A model generated the notes under the pieces. That model did not search any database. It was not told the origin of the DNA and was given only the letters and a program-made list of their open reading frames with translations. DNA of 42,225 nt from the NCBI GenBank assembly GCA_045545255.1, contig JAZQAQ010000102.1, forward strand, positions 1 through 42,225, read 5' to 3'. The translations under genes and the position numbers were made by a program. Every line of letters starts with the position of its first letter. The stretch's first letter is position 1. Origin of the DNA: Eubacteriales bacterium (lineage in GTDB: Bacteria > Bacillota > Clostridia > Oscillospirales > QAKW01). Shown piece after piece: positions 1 to 9,047 of this stretch.

Positions 1-81
1 CCCGTGTACGCCGACGAGACCGGTTTGACGAATTCGAGAACATTTTTGGCAATCTCCCAGCGTGTCAAAAATAAAAAATGA
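1..81 (+). CDS. C-terminal fragment of an unidentified gene entering from the left edge
   Basis: Frame 1 is open from base 1 to TGA at 79-81 (..LAISQRVKNKK*). Hairpins follow at 58-98 and 100-129. Too short to identify. Confidence 0.2.
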   Translation, partial: PVYADETGLTNSRTFLAISQRVKNKK

Positions 82-98
82 AGTTTTTTGACACGCTG
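58..98. repeat. Inverted repeat with 14-bp arms (CAGCGTGTCAAAAA / TTTTTGACACGCTG) and a 13-nt loop
   Basis: Read directly from the sequence. Lies between two convergent gene ends beside the terminator hairpin. Confidence 0.6.
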
Positions 99-99
99 T

Positions 100-129
100 A
101 AGACCACGGGAACTTGTTCCCGTGGTCTT
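100..129. terminator. Intrinsic terminator hairpin shared by convergent transcripts
   Basis: AAGACCACGGGAAC / GTTCCCGTGGTCTT forms a 13-14 bp stem that abuts the stop codon (130-132) of the minus-strand ABC ATPase gene. T-rich sequence lies on both sides. Confidence 0.65.
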
Positions 130-846
130 TTATTTATAGAAATATTCGGTTTTGCTGTAAAAGATCTTTTGTACGCCAAAGACGGATTCTATTTGGGCAG
201 GGTCTTCCAGCCGACCCTTGTTCATCAGCAGAAGCCTGTGGGCGTAAGTGACGGCATCGTTCAGGTTATGCAGTACCGCCAAAACGGTTTTGCCCTCCTC
301 CTCGGTCAACCGTCTTAAAAGGGACAAAAATTCGGAGGTAAAGTCCATATCCATATGGGCAGTGGGCTCGTCCAGCAGGAAGATCTCTGCATCCTGCGCC
401 AACAGCATGGCAAGGTAGACCTTTTGCCGTTCCCCTCCCGAAAGGGAGGCCAAAAGGCGATGGCGCAAGGCTTGGGTGTCCGTCAGGACGATAGCACGCT
501 CGATCTGCTCCCGATCTTCCGTCTGCAGTTTGCCTGAAAGCCCGAGGTGGGGGTTGCGTCCCAAGGCGATCAGTTCTTCCGCCGTCAGCGCGGATCTTGG
601 CAGAAATTGGGGCAGATAGGCGATCTTTCGTGCCTTTTCCCGCGGGGAACAGTCCTTGAGGGGCTGATCTCCCAAAAGGATCTCGCCATCGTAGCGCACC
701 TGCCCGTTGATACATTTCAAAAGGGTGGATTTGCCGCTGCCGTTTTTGCCGAGAAGGGCGGTGAATTTTCCCCGTTCAAGGGTGAAGTCCAGTCCGTTTA
801 ATATTTGTTTTTTACCGTAGAAGGCAGAAAGGTTTTTAATCTGCAT
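130..846 (-). CDS. ABC transporter ATP-binding protein, iron-siderophore/cobalamin (FecE/BtuD) type
   Basis: Walker A GKNGSGKST, signature LSGGERQ, Walker B FLLDEP. AGGAGG lies 6 nt before the ATG. Last gene of a binding protein-permease-ATPase operon. Confidence 0.9.
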   Translation of the reverse strand: MQIKNLSAFYGKKQILNGLDFTLERGKFTALLGKNGSGKSTLLKCINGQVRYDGEILLGDQPLKDCSPREKARKIAYLPQFLPRSALTAEELIALGRNPHLGLSGKLQTEDREQIERAIVLTDTQALRHRLLASLSGGERQKVYLAMLLAQDAEIFLLDEPTAHMDMDFTSEFLSLLRRLTEEEGKTVLAVLHNLNDAVTYAHRLLLMNKGRLEDPAQIESVFGVQKIFYSKTEYFYK

Positions 847-1840
847 AGCTCTTCCTCCTTAATAAAAGGTAGAAAAAGAAGGGGGCACCGAGGAAGGCTA
901 AAAGGATCCCCACGGGCAGCTCCGAGGGAGCGAAGAGGATGCGTCCCAAAAGGTCGGATAACAGTACCAGCAGTGCACCTAAAGGGGTGGCATAGCAGAG
1001 CTGACGGCGGATACTGCCACCGGATAACCGACGGGCCAGATGGGGGACGATCAAGCCTACAAAGCCCAACAACCCTGCGTAGCTGACCACTGCCGCCGCA
1101 GAGGCACTCGCCAAAAGAAGGCACAGCATCCGCAGAGGGCGGACACGTACTCCGAGGGAGGCGGCAAGGGCATCCCCCAAGCAGAGAACGTCGATTTTTT
1201 GAGCAAAGAGGAGCGTGAGAGTCAGCGCAAGCAGGATGATCACCGCAGGGACGATCAGCTTTTGGGGCAAAACACCTGCCAGACCGCCGATGGAAAAATG
1301 ATTGTAGGTAGCCAGTACGTCGGGGTCTAAAAGAGAAATCAAGGAAATACCGGCGTTGAGCAGGGCTGTTACCGCCACGCCTACTAAAATGACGGTGGCA
1401 CGGGATTCAAAAAGGCGTCCTGCAATGCCGATGATCAGAAGGGTGGCGAGAAAGGCACCGAGAAAGGCACCCAAGGGAAGCCACAGGATATGGGCAGGGA
1501 ACAAATAGAGGGTCAAAATGGCGGCAAAGCCTGCACCTGCATTGATGCCGATGATGTTCGGACCCGCAAGATCGTTGCCGGTGATGCCCTGCAGCAGCAC
1601 GCCCGAAACGGAAAGTCCGATCCCTGCCAGAATGCCGCCCAAAATGCGAGGCAGGCGTAGCTCGTACAGGATCAAGCTTTCGGTTTGGAACCCCTCTTTG
1701 CGGAAAAGTCCGCCCCAAAAGGCGGTGCCCGAGAGAGAGGCACTGCCCAGTCGAAGTGCCAGAAGCAGGACGGCTAAAAGCAACAAAAGCAGGAGGGCGA
1801 CCCCTCCTGCTTTTTGAATTGCCTGATGCTTTTTATTCAT
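836..1840 (-). CDS. FecCD/BtuC-family ABC permease
   Basis: 334-aa polytopic membrane protein with the family-typical LRLPRILGGILAGIGLSVSGVLLQ segment. Start and stop overlap the neighbouring genes. Confidence 0.9.
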   Translation of the reverse strand: MNKKHQAIQKAGGVALLLLLLLAVLLLALRLGSASLSGTAFWGGLFRKEGFQTESLILYELRLPRILGGILAGIGLSVSGVLLQGITGNDLAGPNIIGINAGAGFAAILTLYLFPAHILWLPLGAFLGAFLATLLIIGIAGRLFESRATVILVGVAVTALLNAGISLISLLDPDVLATYNHFSIGGLAGVLPQKLIVPAVIILLALTLTLLFAQKIDVLCLGDALAASLGVRVRPLRMLCLLLASASAAAVVSYAGLLGFVGLIVPHLARRLSGGSIRRQLCYATPLGALLVLLSDLLGRILFAPSELPVGILLAFLGAPFFFYLLLRRKSYAD

Positions 1841-2720
1841 TAAACTGCTCCGGATAAAGAATGGTGGCTAAGGTGCGATAAGCCTCTGCCCAGCGAGCAT
1901 TGGGCTTATATTGGAAAAGTGCCTTGGGCAGATAGGTATATTGCTGATTTTGGACTGCGGATAAAGCACCCCATGCAGGTTGGGTCAGCAGACTGTTCAT
2001 ATAGGCTTTTGCAGCCTCCTCGTTCCCCATAGTGGAGATGAAGATATGGTCGGGATCCTCCTGCAGGATCGCTTCAAGGCTCAAGCCGTCCAAAAGGAGA
2101 GGGGCGCGGTCTGCGATATTCTCTGCCCCCAGCTCTGCCAGCATCGCGGCGGCAAAATGCTGATCCGCCTTTTTTGCCTTGGCGGAGCTTGCGCCGGAGC
2201 CGGAACGGATAAACAGTACTTGAGGTTTATCTTGGATGGCTTTGGTCTTTTGGAGGATGGCTTCGATCTCATTTTGCTGATCCGAGCCGTATTTTTGATA
2301 GGCGTCCTTATTGCCGGTGATCTCGGTGCAATAGGCTAAAAGGGCAAGGTAATCCTCAAAGCATTCCACCCGAAAAAGCTTGCAGGGAACGCCTGCTTTT
2401 TCAAGAATTTTTGCCGCTTCGATCTGAGCGGGAATATCTGCCGAGCCGATCACAAGATCAGGGCGGTAGGAGAGCAGTCGCTCGGCATCGATGGTCTTGC
2501 CTGCACCGCGATCTGCCAGAAGCACTCCTTCCTTGCAGATCCCCCGCTCCACACTCTCGCCCACTGTGATCGCAACCTCGCCGCCTGCCAGCTGCCAGAC
2601 CTCGGCAAAGGAGGAAAGCAGCACCGCAACCCGTTGAGGTTTCCCTTCTTTTACGGGGAGAGACGCGCAGCTGCAAAGCAGGAGGGAAAGGATGAGGCAA
2701 ATGGAGAGAAGTCTTCGCAT
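1833..2720 (-). CDS. ABC substrate-binding lipoprotein, BtuF/FecB-like periplasmic binding protein
   Basis: Signal peptide with lipobox (MRRLLSICLILSLLLCSC). Class III binding-protein-like sequence in operon with the FecCD permease. Start set at the ATG at 2720, 1 nt after the upstream stop; the ORF track start is 2756. Confidence 0.8.
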   Translation of the reverse strand: MRRLLSICLILSLLLCSCASLPVKEGKPQRVAVLLSSFAEVWQLAGGEVAITVGESVERGICKEGVLLADRGAGKTIDAERLLSYRPDLVIGSADIPAQIEAAKILEKAGVPCKLFRVECFEDYLALLAYCTEITGNKDAYQKYGSDQQNEIEAILQKTKAIQDKPQVLFIRSGSGASSAKAKKADQHFAAAMLAELGAENIADRAPLLLDGLSLEAILQEDPDHIFISTMGNEEAAKAYMNSLLTQPAWGALSAVQNQQYTYLPKALFQYKPNARWAEAYRTLATILYPEQFNE

Positions 2721-2721
2721 C

Positions 2722-3609
2722 TTATTTCCCCAAAAGCTTCTTTTCAACATATTCAAAGCCCAGTCGCTGAATGGTATCGCCGAACCGCTCGCCTGCGATG
2801 CCTTCGTCGCGGAAGAGACAGATGGCCCGCTCCACGATGTTCAGCACCTCCTCTGCATCGGTGATAACGGGGGAGAGGGGAATGCCGCGGGCAACCTTTT
2901 TTCCCCAGCGTCCGCCGATATAGATACGATAGCCGTTGGTGGGATGATGGACTGCACCGAAGGGGCATTTTTCAAAGCAACGCCCGCAACGGTTGCAGAT
3001 CTCGGGGTCAATGGTGATCTTATCGGTGAGGGTCGCCGCCTTCATCGGACACCCCTCTGCTACCTGACATTTTTTGCAGCTCTTGCAGTTTTCTGCGTTG
3101 ATCTTCGGTGCTTTTTGACCGATGATGCCGATATCGTTGATATCCGGCTTGACGCAGTTATTGGGGCAGCCGCCTACGGCGATCTTAAATTTATGGGGCA
3201 GCTTCACATCGCGATACCCTTTATAAAAACGCTCGTGAATCGCTTGGGAGAGGGCAAAGGTATCAATGAGTCCGTAAGAGCAGGTGGTACCCTTGCAGGA
3301 TACGACCGGTCGCACCTTGGGACCTGTCCCGCCGATCTCCAGCCCGTATTCTGCCAGAAAGGCGATCAACGGTTCAATATTGGCAAAGGGGATGCGCTGC
3401 AGCTCCACCGACATTCTGCTGGTCATTGCCAACTCTCCGTTGCCGAATCGCTCTGCCGCCTCCGCCAATGCCTTGGCTTCTCTTGCGGTGATTTTGCCGT
3501 TGCGGGTGATGACCCGCGCATTAAAGCAGTCCTCGGTCAGCTTATCTCTTAAAAAGCCCAAGCCTTTGACGCGGGCAATATCTTCCGGTGAAACGGTACA
3601 TTTGATCAT
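2722..3609 (-). CDS. Small sulfite/nitrite-reductase-like protein with siroheme-[4Fe-4S] and 2x[4Fe-4S] ferredoxin motifs (AsrC/DsrA-like)
   Basis: Contains SCKGTTCSYG and GGCPNNCVKP (Cys-X5-Cys ... Cys-X3-Cys) plus CKSCKKCQVAEGCP and CNRCGRCFEKCP. Start moved to the ATG at 3609, which has GGAGG 8 nt upstream; the ORF track start is 3654. Confidence 0.75.
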   Translation of the reverse strand: MIKCTVSPEDIARVKGLGFLRDKLTEDCFNARVITRNGKITAREAKALAEAAERFGNGELAMTSRMSVELQRIPFANIEPLIAFLAEYGLEIGGTGPKVRPVVSCKGTTCSYGLIDTFALSQAIHERFYKGYRDVKLPHKFKIAVGGCPNNCVKPDINDIGIIGQKAPKINAENCKSCKKCQVAEGCPMKAATLTDKITIDPEICNRCGRCFEKCPFGAVHHPTNGYRIYIGGRWGKKVARGIPLSPVITDAEEVLNIVERAICLFRDEGIAGERFGDTIQRLGFEYVEKKLLGK

Positions 3610-3723
3610 AGAAAACACCTCCGATTTGATGCTTTTAGTATATCTCCAAAGCAAAAAACTGTCAATTAAAAGATTGATTTTATCGCAGGATTCCGTTATG
3701 ATTAAATAAAGGAGTGAAATATC

Positions 3724-4611
3724 GTGATTTATACCATTACCTTTAATCCTGCTTTGGATTATGTTATTTATTTAGACCGCTTGATGCCGGGAGAGACCAA
3801 TCGCTGCAAAAGGGAAGAACTGTACTTCGGCGGCAAGGGGATCAATGTTTCTCTGGTTTTGAAGGAGCTGGGTGCAGAGAGTGTGGCTTTGGGCTTTGCC
3901 GCAGGCTTCACCGGCGATGCCTTGGTGCAGTACCTTGCCGATGCGGGAATCAAGGCGGATTTTATCCGCCTCAAAGAGGGATTGACCCGTATTAATGTTA
4001 AATTAAAAGGGGAAGCAGAGACAGAGATCAATGCCTGCGGTCCCGCTGTATCGACGGCAGATCTTGACGCCCTTTTTGCTAAATTGGAGCAATTGGAAAC
4101 GGGAGATCTTTTGGTACTGGCGGGGAGTGTGCCGCCCTCGGTCCCTGCAGATATCTACAGTAAGATCGCAAAGCGGATGGCGGAAAAGAAAATCCGCTTT
4201 GTTACCGATGCGACAGGCGCGCTGCTGAAGGGGGTCCTACCCTATCATCCGTTCCTTATCAAGCCCAACCATCGGGAGCTGGAGGAGCTGGTCGCCCGCC
4301 CCTTGCAGGGGAGTGAAGCGATTGCCGAGGCGGCAAGAGAGCTGCAAAAGGCAGGTGCGCAAAACGTGCTGGTCTCTCGCGGGAAAGAGGGTGCTCTGCT
4401 TTTGGACGAGCAGGGGGAACTCTATGAAATGCCCGCCCTCGGCGGAAAGCCCGTCAATACGGTGGGTGCGGGAGATTCTATGGTGGCAGGCTTTTTGGCG
4501 GGGATCGAAAAAGGCTATGAATACGCCCTTCGCTTAGGCTCTGCCGCAGGCGGAGCTACCGCCTGCAGTCCCGCCCTTGCCAAAAAAGCGGAGATCGAAG
4601 CATTGCTTTGA
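3724..4611 (+). CDS. pfkB: 1-phosphofructokinase (PfkB ribokinase-family sugar kinase)
   Basis: N-terminus MIYTITFNPALDY...GGKGINVS and C-terminal NTVGAGDSMVAGF are PfkB-family signatures. GTG start preceded by AAGGAG. Confidence 0.8.
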   Translation: MIYTITFNPALDYVIYLDRLMPGETNRCKREELYFGGKGINVSLVLKELGAESVALGFAAGFTGDALVQYLADAGIKADFIRLKEGLTRINVKLKGEAETEINACGPAVSTADLDALFAKLEQLETGDLLVLAGSVPPSVPADIYSKIAKRMAEKKIRFVTDATGALLKGVLPYHPFLIKPNHRELEELVARPLQGSEAIAEAARELQKAGAQNVLVSRGKEGALLLDEQGELYEMPALGGKPVNTVGAGDSMVAGFLAGIEKGYEYALRLGSAAGGATACSPALAKKAEIEALL

Positions 4612-4700
4612 GTTTACGAAAAAGTTTCGCAGCCGTCTGTGTTGATTTATCGGCGGCGTCTGTTATAATAAAATGAGAATTAAAAATCGGGAGGATCAAT

Positions 4701-6683
4701 ATGTCTAAAATTCCTTTTTATCTTGATATGGAAGATCATAGCACTTTTCGCGTGATGAACCAGACCGGTGTGCAGCAGTACGCCGTTCCCCGTCCCGCAA
4801 CCCATAACGCTTGCTGGGATGCCTTGATGTCGGAGGAGGGAAAGGTATATGTATCCCTCTGCTCCGAACTGACTACCAATGAATATACCAAGCTGGCGGA
4901 GTACGATCCCATCGAGAATACTTTGAAGGAGCTGCATTATACCAAGGAGCTGATCTTTTCTGATGAGCGTTTTATTCGGGACAGCAAGTTCCATACTGCT
5001 ATGGCGTGGATGAACGACGGCAGAATGGTGGTCCTGACCCATACCACCGATAAATCTCCCGAGCACCCCGCTTGGCTGCCCCAAAGTTATTTCAACCATC
5101 CTTTTGAGGGCTATCCCGGCAGTTCTTTGCTGACCTTTGACCCCAAGACGGGGAAGATGGAGAATTGGGGAATCCCCGTCCATCGGGAGACCATCTACGG
5201 TGCTGCATACGATAAGATCAATAATATTTACTACGGGATCGGCTATTTCAAGGGTCATCTTTACGGCATCGACCTGAATGACCGAAGCGTAAGGGACTAT
5301 GGTGAGGTGACCGAGCGCGCCAGCTATCGGCTGGTGGTGGGACCCGACGATAATATTTATTTTACCACCCGTAACGGACTGCTGCAGCGGATCAACGTCC
5401 GTACCCGCGAGGTGGAGAATACCCGCATCGTCCTGCCCTTTGAAAAGGAGCCGGGTCGATTCCGTCCTTATATGAGTGCCTTTGCCAACGGTCCGGACGG
5501 GATGCTTTATCTTGCGGGAATGCACGATAAGCAGTTGACCCGCTATAATCCGGTCAAGAATAAGTTGGAAAAACTGGGCGAGTATATGCCGGCCGAGATC
5601 TTCTGCAACGGAGTGGACGCCAATATTTATATGGGCAGTATGGGCTTTGATAAAGAAGGAATGCTGTACTATGTTGTCAGCGCCGTCAAGAAGGGCGGAA
5701 AGGAGGAATTTCTCCTGCCTTCTATGCTGATGCGCTGGGACGTCCTGAAAGAGGAGAGCGAGCCTGAAATTCTGGGTCTTTTGGGTACGAAGGAGCGTAC
5801 CACTTATCAGTGCTGTATGATGATTATGGATCATAAGCGGGATCTGATGTTCTGCGCGGGGACCAACCACGCAGACGACGGTCCGAATTTCCTCTCTGTA
5901 GATCTCTCCAAATACCGTGCCCACGCCCTCGAATTGGGCGAGCAGACCACCGATCCGTTGGTTTATCGGGATAACGGGGTCTATGATGAATATGCCGAGA
6001 GAATGGCGCGAGGTGCCGCCGTTATGCGGGAAAATTCCGCCGCCTTCCATAAAGGGACGGAGATCCCCGTCCAGCTCTGGCCTTGCTTTGCAGATAAGGA
6101 TATTGAAAACTCTGCCGTTGTCTCTCTGAAATGGGAGGGCGGTAAGCTGACTGCCATCTGCGGAAAGGACTATTTCACCAAATTTACCATCACCAAAGAG
6201 GGAAAGCTGGAGTCCATCGCCTCCTGCGCTGCGCCCGAAAAACCTGCAAAGCCTCAGGTGGAGGGAGAGCTGCCTCGCTATCCGGGCAGAGTGTATAAAG
6301 CAGTCCCCGCCTTGGAGGTTGCCCTCTCCGAGGGTCGCCGCCTGATCGCTACCGAGGACGGGATGCTCGCCATTGAAAAAGAGGGTGAGCTCTTCGGTCT
6401 GGGTGCGGGCTGGATCAACGGTCCCGTGCGGGCGATGGTTGCCAATAAAGCCGGTACTCTCGTCTACGGTGTGGCGGGAGATGAGGACGATCTGGGAATC
6501 GTCTTTTCCTATGACGACCGCCGAGGTATCCGCTGGCTGGGTCACGTGATGACCGGTCATTATGAGTACGGCTATCACGGCTCCGATCTGCTGACCGCCG
6601 TTGCATTCAGCGAGGACGAAAAGATCCTGACTGTCGGCAGCGGCGGGCGGATGGGTATGGTCTATCTTTATATTGAGGAATGA
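4701..6683 (+). CDS. Uncharacterised 660-aa cytoplasmic protein, beta-propeller-like repeats
   Basis: GGGAGG RBS and no signal peptide. Recurrent blade-like segments (IYYGIGYFKGHLYGIDL, NIYFTTRNGLLQRINV, MLYLAGMHDKQLTRYNP, LVYGVAGDEDDLGIVFSY, ILTVGSGGRMGMVYLY). Its stop lies 5 nt before the next gene. Confidence 0.75.
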   Translation: MSKIPFYLDMEDHSTFRVMNQTGVQQYAVPRPATHNACWDALMSEEGKVYVSLCSELTTNEYTKLAEYDPIENTLKELHYTKELIFSDERFIRDSKFHTAMAWMNDGRMVVLTHTTDKSPEHPAWLPQSYFNHPFEGYPGSSLLTFDPKTGKMENWGIPVHRETIYGAAYDKINNIYYGIGYFKGHLYGIDLNDRSVRDYGEVTERASYRLVVGPDDNIYFTTRNGLLQRINVRTREVENTRIVLPFEKEPGRFRPYMSAFANGPDGMLYLAGMHDKQLTRYNPVKNKLEKLGEYMPAEIFCNGVDANIYMGSMGFDKEGMLYYVVSAVKKGGKEEFLLPSMLMRWDVLKEESEPEILGLLGTKERTTYQCCMMIMDHKRDLMFCAGTNHADDGPNFLSVDLSKYRAHALELGEQTTDPLVYRDNGVYDEYAERMARGAAVMRENSAAFHKGTEIPVQLWPCFADKDIENSAVVSLKWEGGKLTAICGKDYFTKFTITKEGKLESIASCAAPEKPAKPQVEGELPRYPGRVYKAVPALEVALSEGRRLIATEDGMLAIEKEGELFGLGAGWINGPVRAMVANKAGTLVYGVAGDEDDLGIVFSYDDRRGIRWLGHVMTGHYEYGYHGSDLLTAVAFSEDEKILTVGSGGRMGMVYLYIEE

Positions 6684-6687
6684 GTGT

Positions 6688-8046
6688 ATGAAAACTTTGA
6701 ATTATGATGTAGTTGTGGTAGGCGGAGGTCCGGCAGGAGCCGTCGCCGCCATCGCCTCCGCACGGCAAGGGGCAAAGACCCTCTTGGTGGAGCAAAACGG
6801 CTATCTGGGCGGAATGCTGACGATGGGCGGTGTGGGTCCCCAGATGACCTTCCACGCCGGAGATACCCAGGTGGTTTGCGGCATCCCCGATGAGATCATC
6901 GAGCGGCTGAAGGCGCTGAAACTCTCTCCCGGTCATATGGAGGATTTCGTGGGCTATGCCAGCAGCATTACTCCTTTTGATGCAGAGGGAATGAAATACA
7001 TTTTAGAGACGATGGCGCAGGAGGCGGGAGTACAGCTTTTGTATCATACCGTCTTTACCGGCTGTAAGGTCGAGGACGGAAAGATCGTTTCGGCCGAGCT
7101 TTATTCCAAGGGCGGCTTTTTTGAAGTGACCGCCAAGTCGTTTATCGACTGCTCTGCCGATGCGGATCTGGCAACTGCCGCCGGTGTTTCTGCCGTCTAT
7201 GGGCGGGAGAGTGATCACCTTGCCCAGCCGATGACGATGAATATCAAGGTGGCGGGCGTAGATCGGGAGCGGATGATCGAGTATGTCCGCAGTCATCGGG
7301 ACGATATGCTGGATACCATTCCCTTCGATCGGCTGCACGAGTTACCCAGAGCGGGCATTCAGGGTGCTTATTCTCTGATCCGTAAGGCGAAGGATGCAGG
7401 GGAATTTGATGTGGATCGGGATATGGTTTTGTGCTTTGAGACCAATGAACCCGGTGAGATCATCCTTAATATGTCCCGCATCATTATGAAATCTGCGGTG
7501 GATCCCTTCGATCTCACCGACGCGGAGGTGGAGGGACGCCGTCAGGCGCGGCAGATCCTTGCCTTTATGCAAAAGAATATCCCCGGCTTTGAGCATTGCA
7601 GAATCATCTCCACCGGACCCCATATCGGGATTCGGGAGAGCCGCAAGATCAACGGTGTATATAAACTGACCGCCGAGGATCTGCTGGCGAATAAAATGTT
7701 CCCCGATGCGGTTGCGATGGGTGGCTATCCCATTGATATCCATTCTCCGGACGGGGCCGCGATGAAGCATCAGCATTTAAAACCCGGCAGCTGGTATTCG
7801 GTACCGTATCGGAGCTTGATTGCCGCCGAGGTGGAAAACCTCTTGGTTGCCGGACGGTGCATCAGCGCAACCCACGAGGCTTGCGCCGCTGTTCGCGTCA
7901 CCCCCATTGCAATGGCGATGGGTCAAGCAGTGGGTACCGCCGCCGCTCAAAGTGCCGCAACCGGTCAGCCTGCCAATGCGCTGGATACTGATCAATTGAG
8001 AGCGACCCTCAAGGCAGACGGCGTCTTTTTGGAAGAATACAACTGA
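6688..8046 (+). CDS. FAD-dependent oxidoreductase (FAD_oxidored / GIDA-like fold)
   Basis: N-terminal dinucleotide motif DVVVVGGGPAGAVAA. C-terminal LVAGRCISATHEACAAVRVTPIAMAMGQAVG. Clear paralog of the gene at 18949-20175. Start set at the ATG at 6688 after GAGGAA; the ORF track start is 6673. Confidence 0.85.
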   Translation: MKTLNYDVVVVGGGPAGAVAAIASARQGAKTLLVEQNGYLGGMLTMGGVGPQMTFHAGDTQVVCGIPDEIIERLKALKLSPGHMEDFVGYASSITPFDAEGMKYILETMAQEAGVQLLYHTVFTGCKVEDGKIVSAELYSKGGFFEVTAKSFIDCSADADLATAAGVSAVYGRESDHLAQPMTMNIKVAGVDRERMIEYVRSHRDDMLDTIPFDRLHELPRAGIQGAYSLIRKAKDAGEFDVDRDMVLCFETNEPGEIILNMSRIIMKSAVDPFDLTDAEVEGRRQARQILAFMQKNIPGFEHCRIISTGPHIGIRESRKINGVYKLTAEDLLANKMFPDAVAMGGYPIDIHSPDGAAMKHQHLKPGSWYSVPYRSLIAAEVENLLVAGRCISATHEACAAVRVTPIAMAMGQAVGTAAAQSAATGQPANALDTDQLRATLKADGVFLEEYN

Positions 8047-8052
8047 TTTTAA

Positions 8053-8083
8053 GCCTCCCTCCTCTGAGGGAGGCAATTTTATT
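8053..8083 (+). terminator. Intrinsic terminator after the FAD oxidoreductase gene
   Basis: GCCTCCCTC-CTCT-GAGGGAGGC followed by AATTTTATT. Confidence 0.7.
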
Positions 8084-8168
8084 GAATCACTTTGACTTTT
8101 TTATTGCTTTACGCTTTAAAGTGTGATAAAATGTACAATAAGAAATGATCTGCCTTGGAGGTATGGGT

Positions 8169-8951
8169 ATGCTGCTGGCTGTGGATATTGGCAATTCAAG
8201 CATAACGGTTGGCGGTTTCCGCGAGGATGCGGAGCCGGTCTTTTCTATGCGCTTTGCGGCGGGCGAGCATCGCTCTGCCGATGAATATGCTGCCACCCTT
8301 CGGCAGGTCTTGCGGATGCGGAACGTGGAGCCGGAGGAGATCACCGATTGCGCCATCGCCTCGGTCGTGCCGCCATTGACCCATATTTTGGAGCAGGCCC
8401 TGCAGCTGATCCATCCCTGCCGCGTGCTGACAGTAGGTGCCGGCGTCAAAACCGGCTTTTCCATCCGTACCGATGCCCCCTCGGAGGTTGGCGCGGATAT
8501 TATCGCCAATGCCGCCGCAGCGGTAAAAGAGGGAGTGCCCGCCATTATCGTGGATATCGGGACGGCGACGACGGTCTTTGCCGTCAATAGCCGCAAGGAA
8601 TTGATCGGCGGCGTGATCCTGCCCGGGATTTCCTCTTCATTGGCGGGCCTGCGCTCTTCCACTGCTCAATTGCCCATCGTGGCACTGGAGCCGCTGAAAA
8701 AGGCAATCGGAAAAAATACTGCAGAATGTATCTCCATCGGGGTTTTGCAGGGGCACGCTTTTTCCGTAGACGGATTTATTGACCGCTTTTCCGCAGAGGC
8801 GGGGATGGAAAATCCTCAGATCATTGCCACCGGCGGACTTTGCAATCTCCTCTTGCCGCTATGCAACCATAATAATATAAAAGCGGAGCCGTTTCTGACC
8901 CTCAAGGGTCTGCGGGTAATTTACGAAAACACCCGTAAAAAAAGATGTTAA
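8169..8951 (+). CDS. coaX: Type III pantothenate kinase
   Basis: MLLAVDIGNSS... N-terminus and IVDIGTATT / ATGG motifs of the ASKHA-fold CoaX family. Start chosen 7 nt after GGAGG; in-frame alternatives at 8145 and 8163. Confidence 0.85.
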   Translation: MLLAVDIGNSSITVGGFREDAEPVFSMRFAAGEHRSADEYAATLRQVLRMRNVEPEEITDCAIASVVPPLTHILEQALQLIHPCRVLTVGAGVKTGFSIRTDAPSEVGADIIANAAAAVKEGVPAIIVDIGTATTVFAVNSRKELIGGVILPGISSSLAGLRSSTAQLPIVALEPLKKAIGKNTAECISIGVLQGHAFSVDGFIDRFSAEAGMENPQIIATGGLCNLLLPLCNHNNIKAEPFLTLKGLRVIYENTRKKRC

Positions 8952-9047
8952 ACGCTTCGGCGTATAGCATAAATATTTTGAACTGCGATGCACCTGCCGT
9001 AGGGTGGGGCGTCAGCATCGGGTAAAGTCCCGAAAGGAGAATTTCTT

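Noticed and set aside
3610-3723. Cobalamin riboswitch upstream of the Btu-like operon
   Set aside because: The leader is only 114 bp, AT-rich and shared with the divergent pfkB promoter. I could find no B12-box-like conserved core.
4680-6578. 632-aa ORF on the minus strand opposite the 660-aa gene
   Set aside because: It is a shadow ORF in GC-rich coding DNA. It has odd composition (His/Arg/Gly-rich), no RBS and no recognisable domains, and the plus-strand gene has a strong RBS and protein-like sequence. The same reasoning applies to 7003-7776 and 7777-8076.
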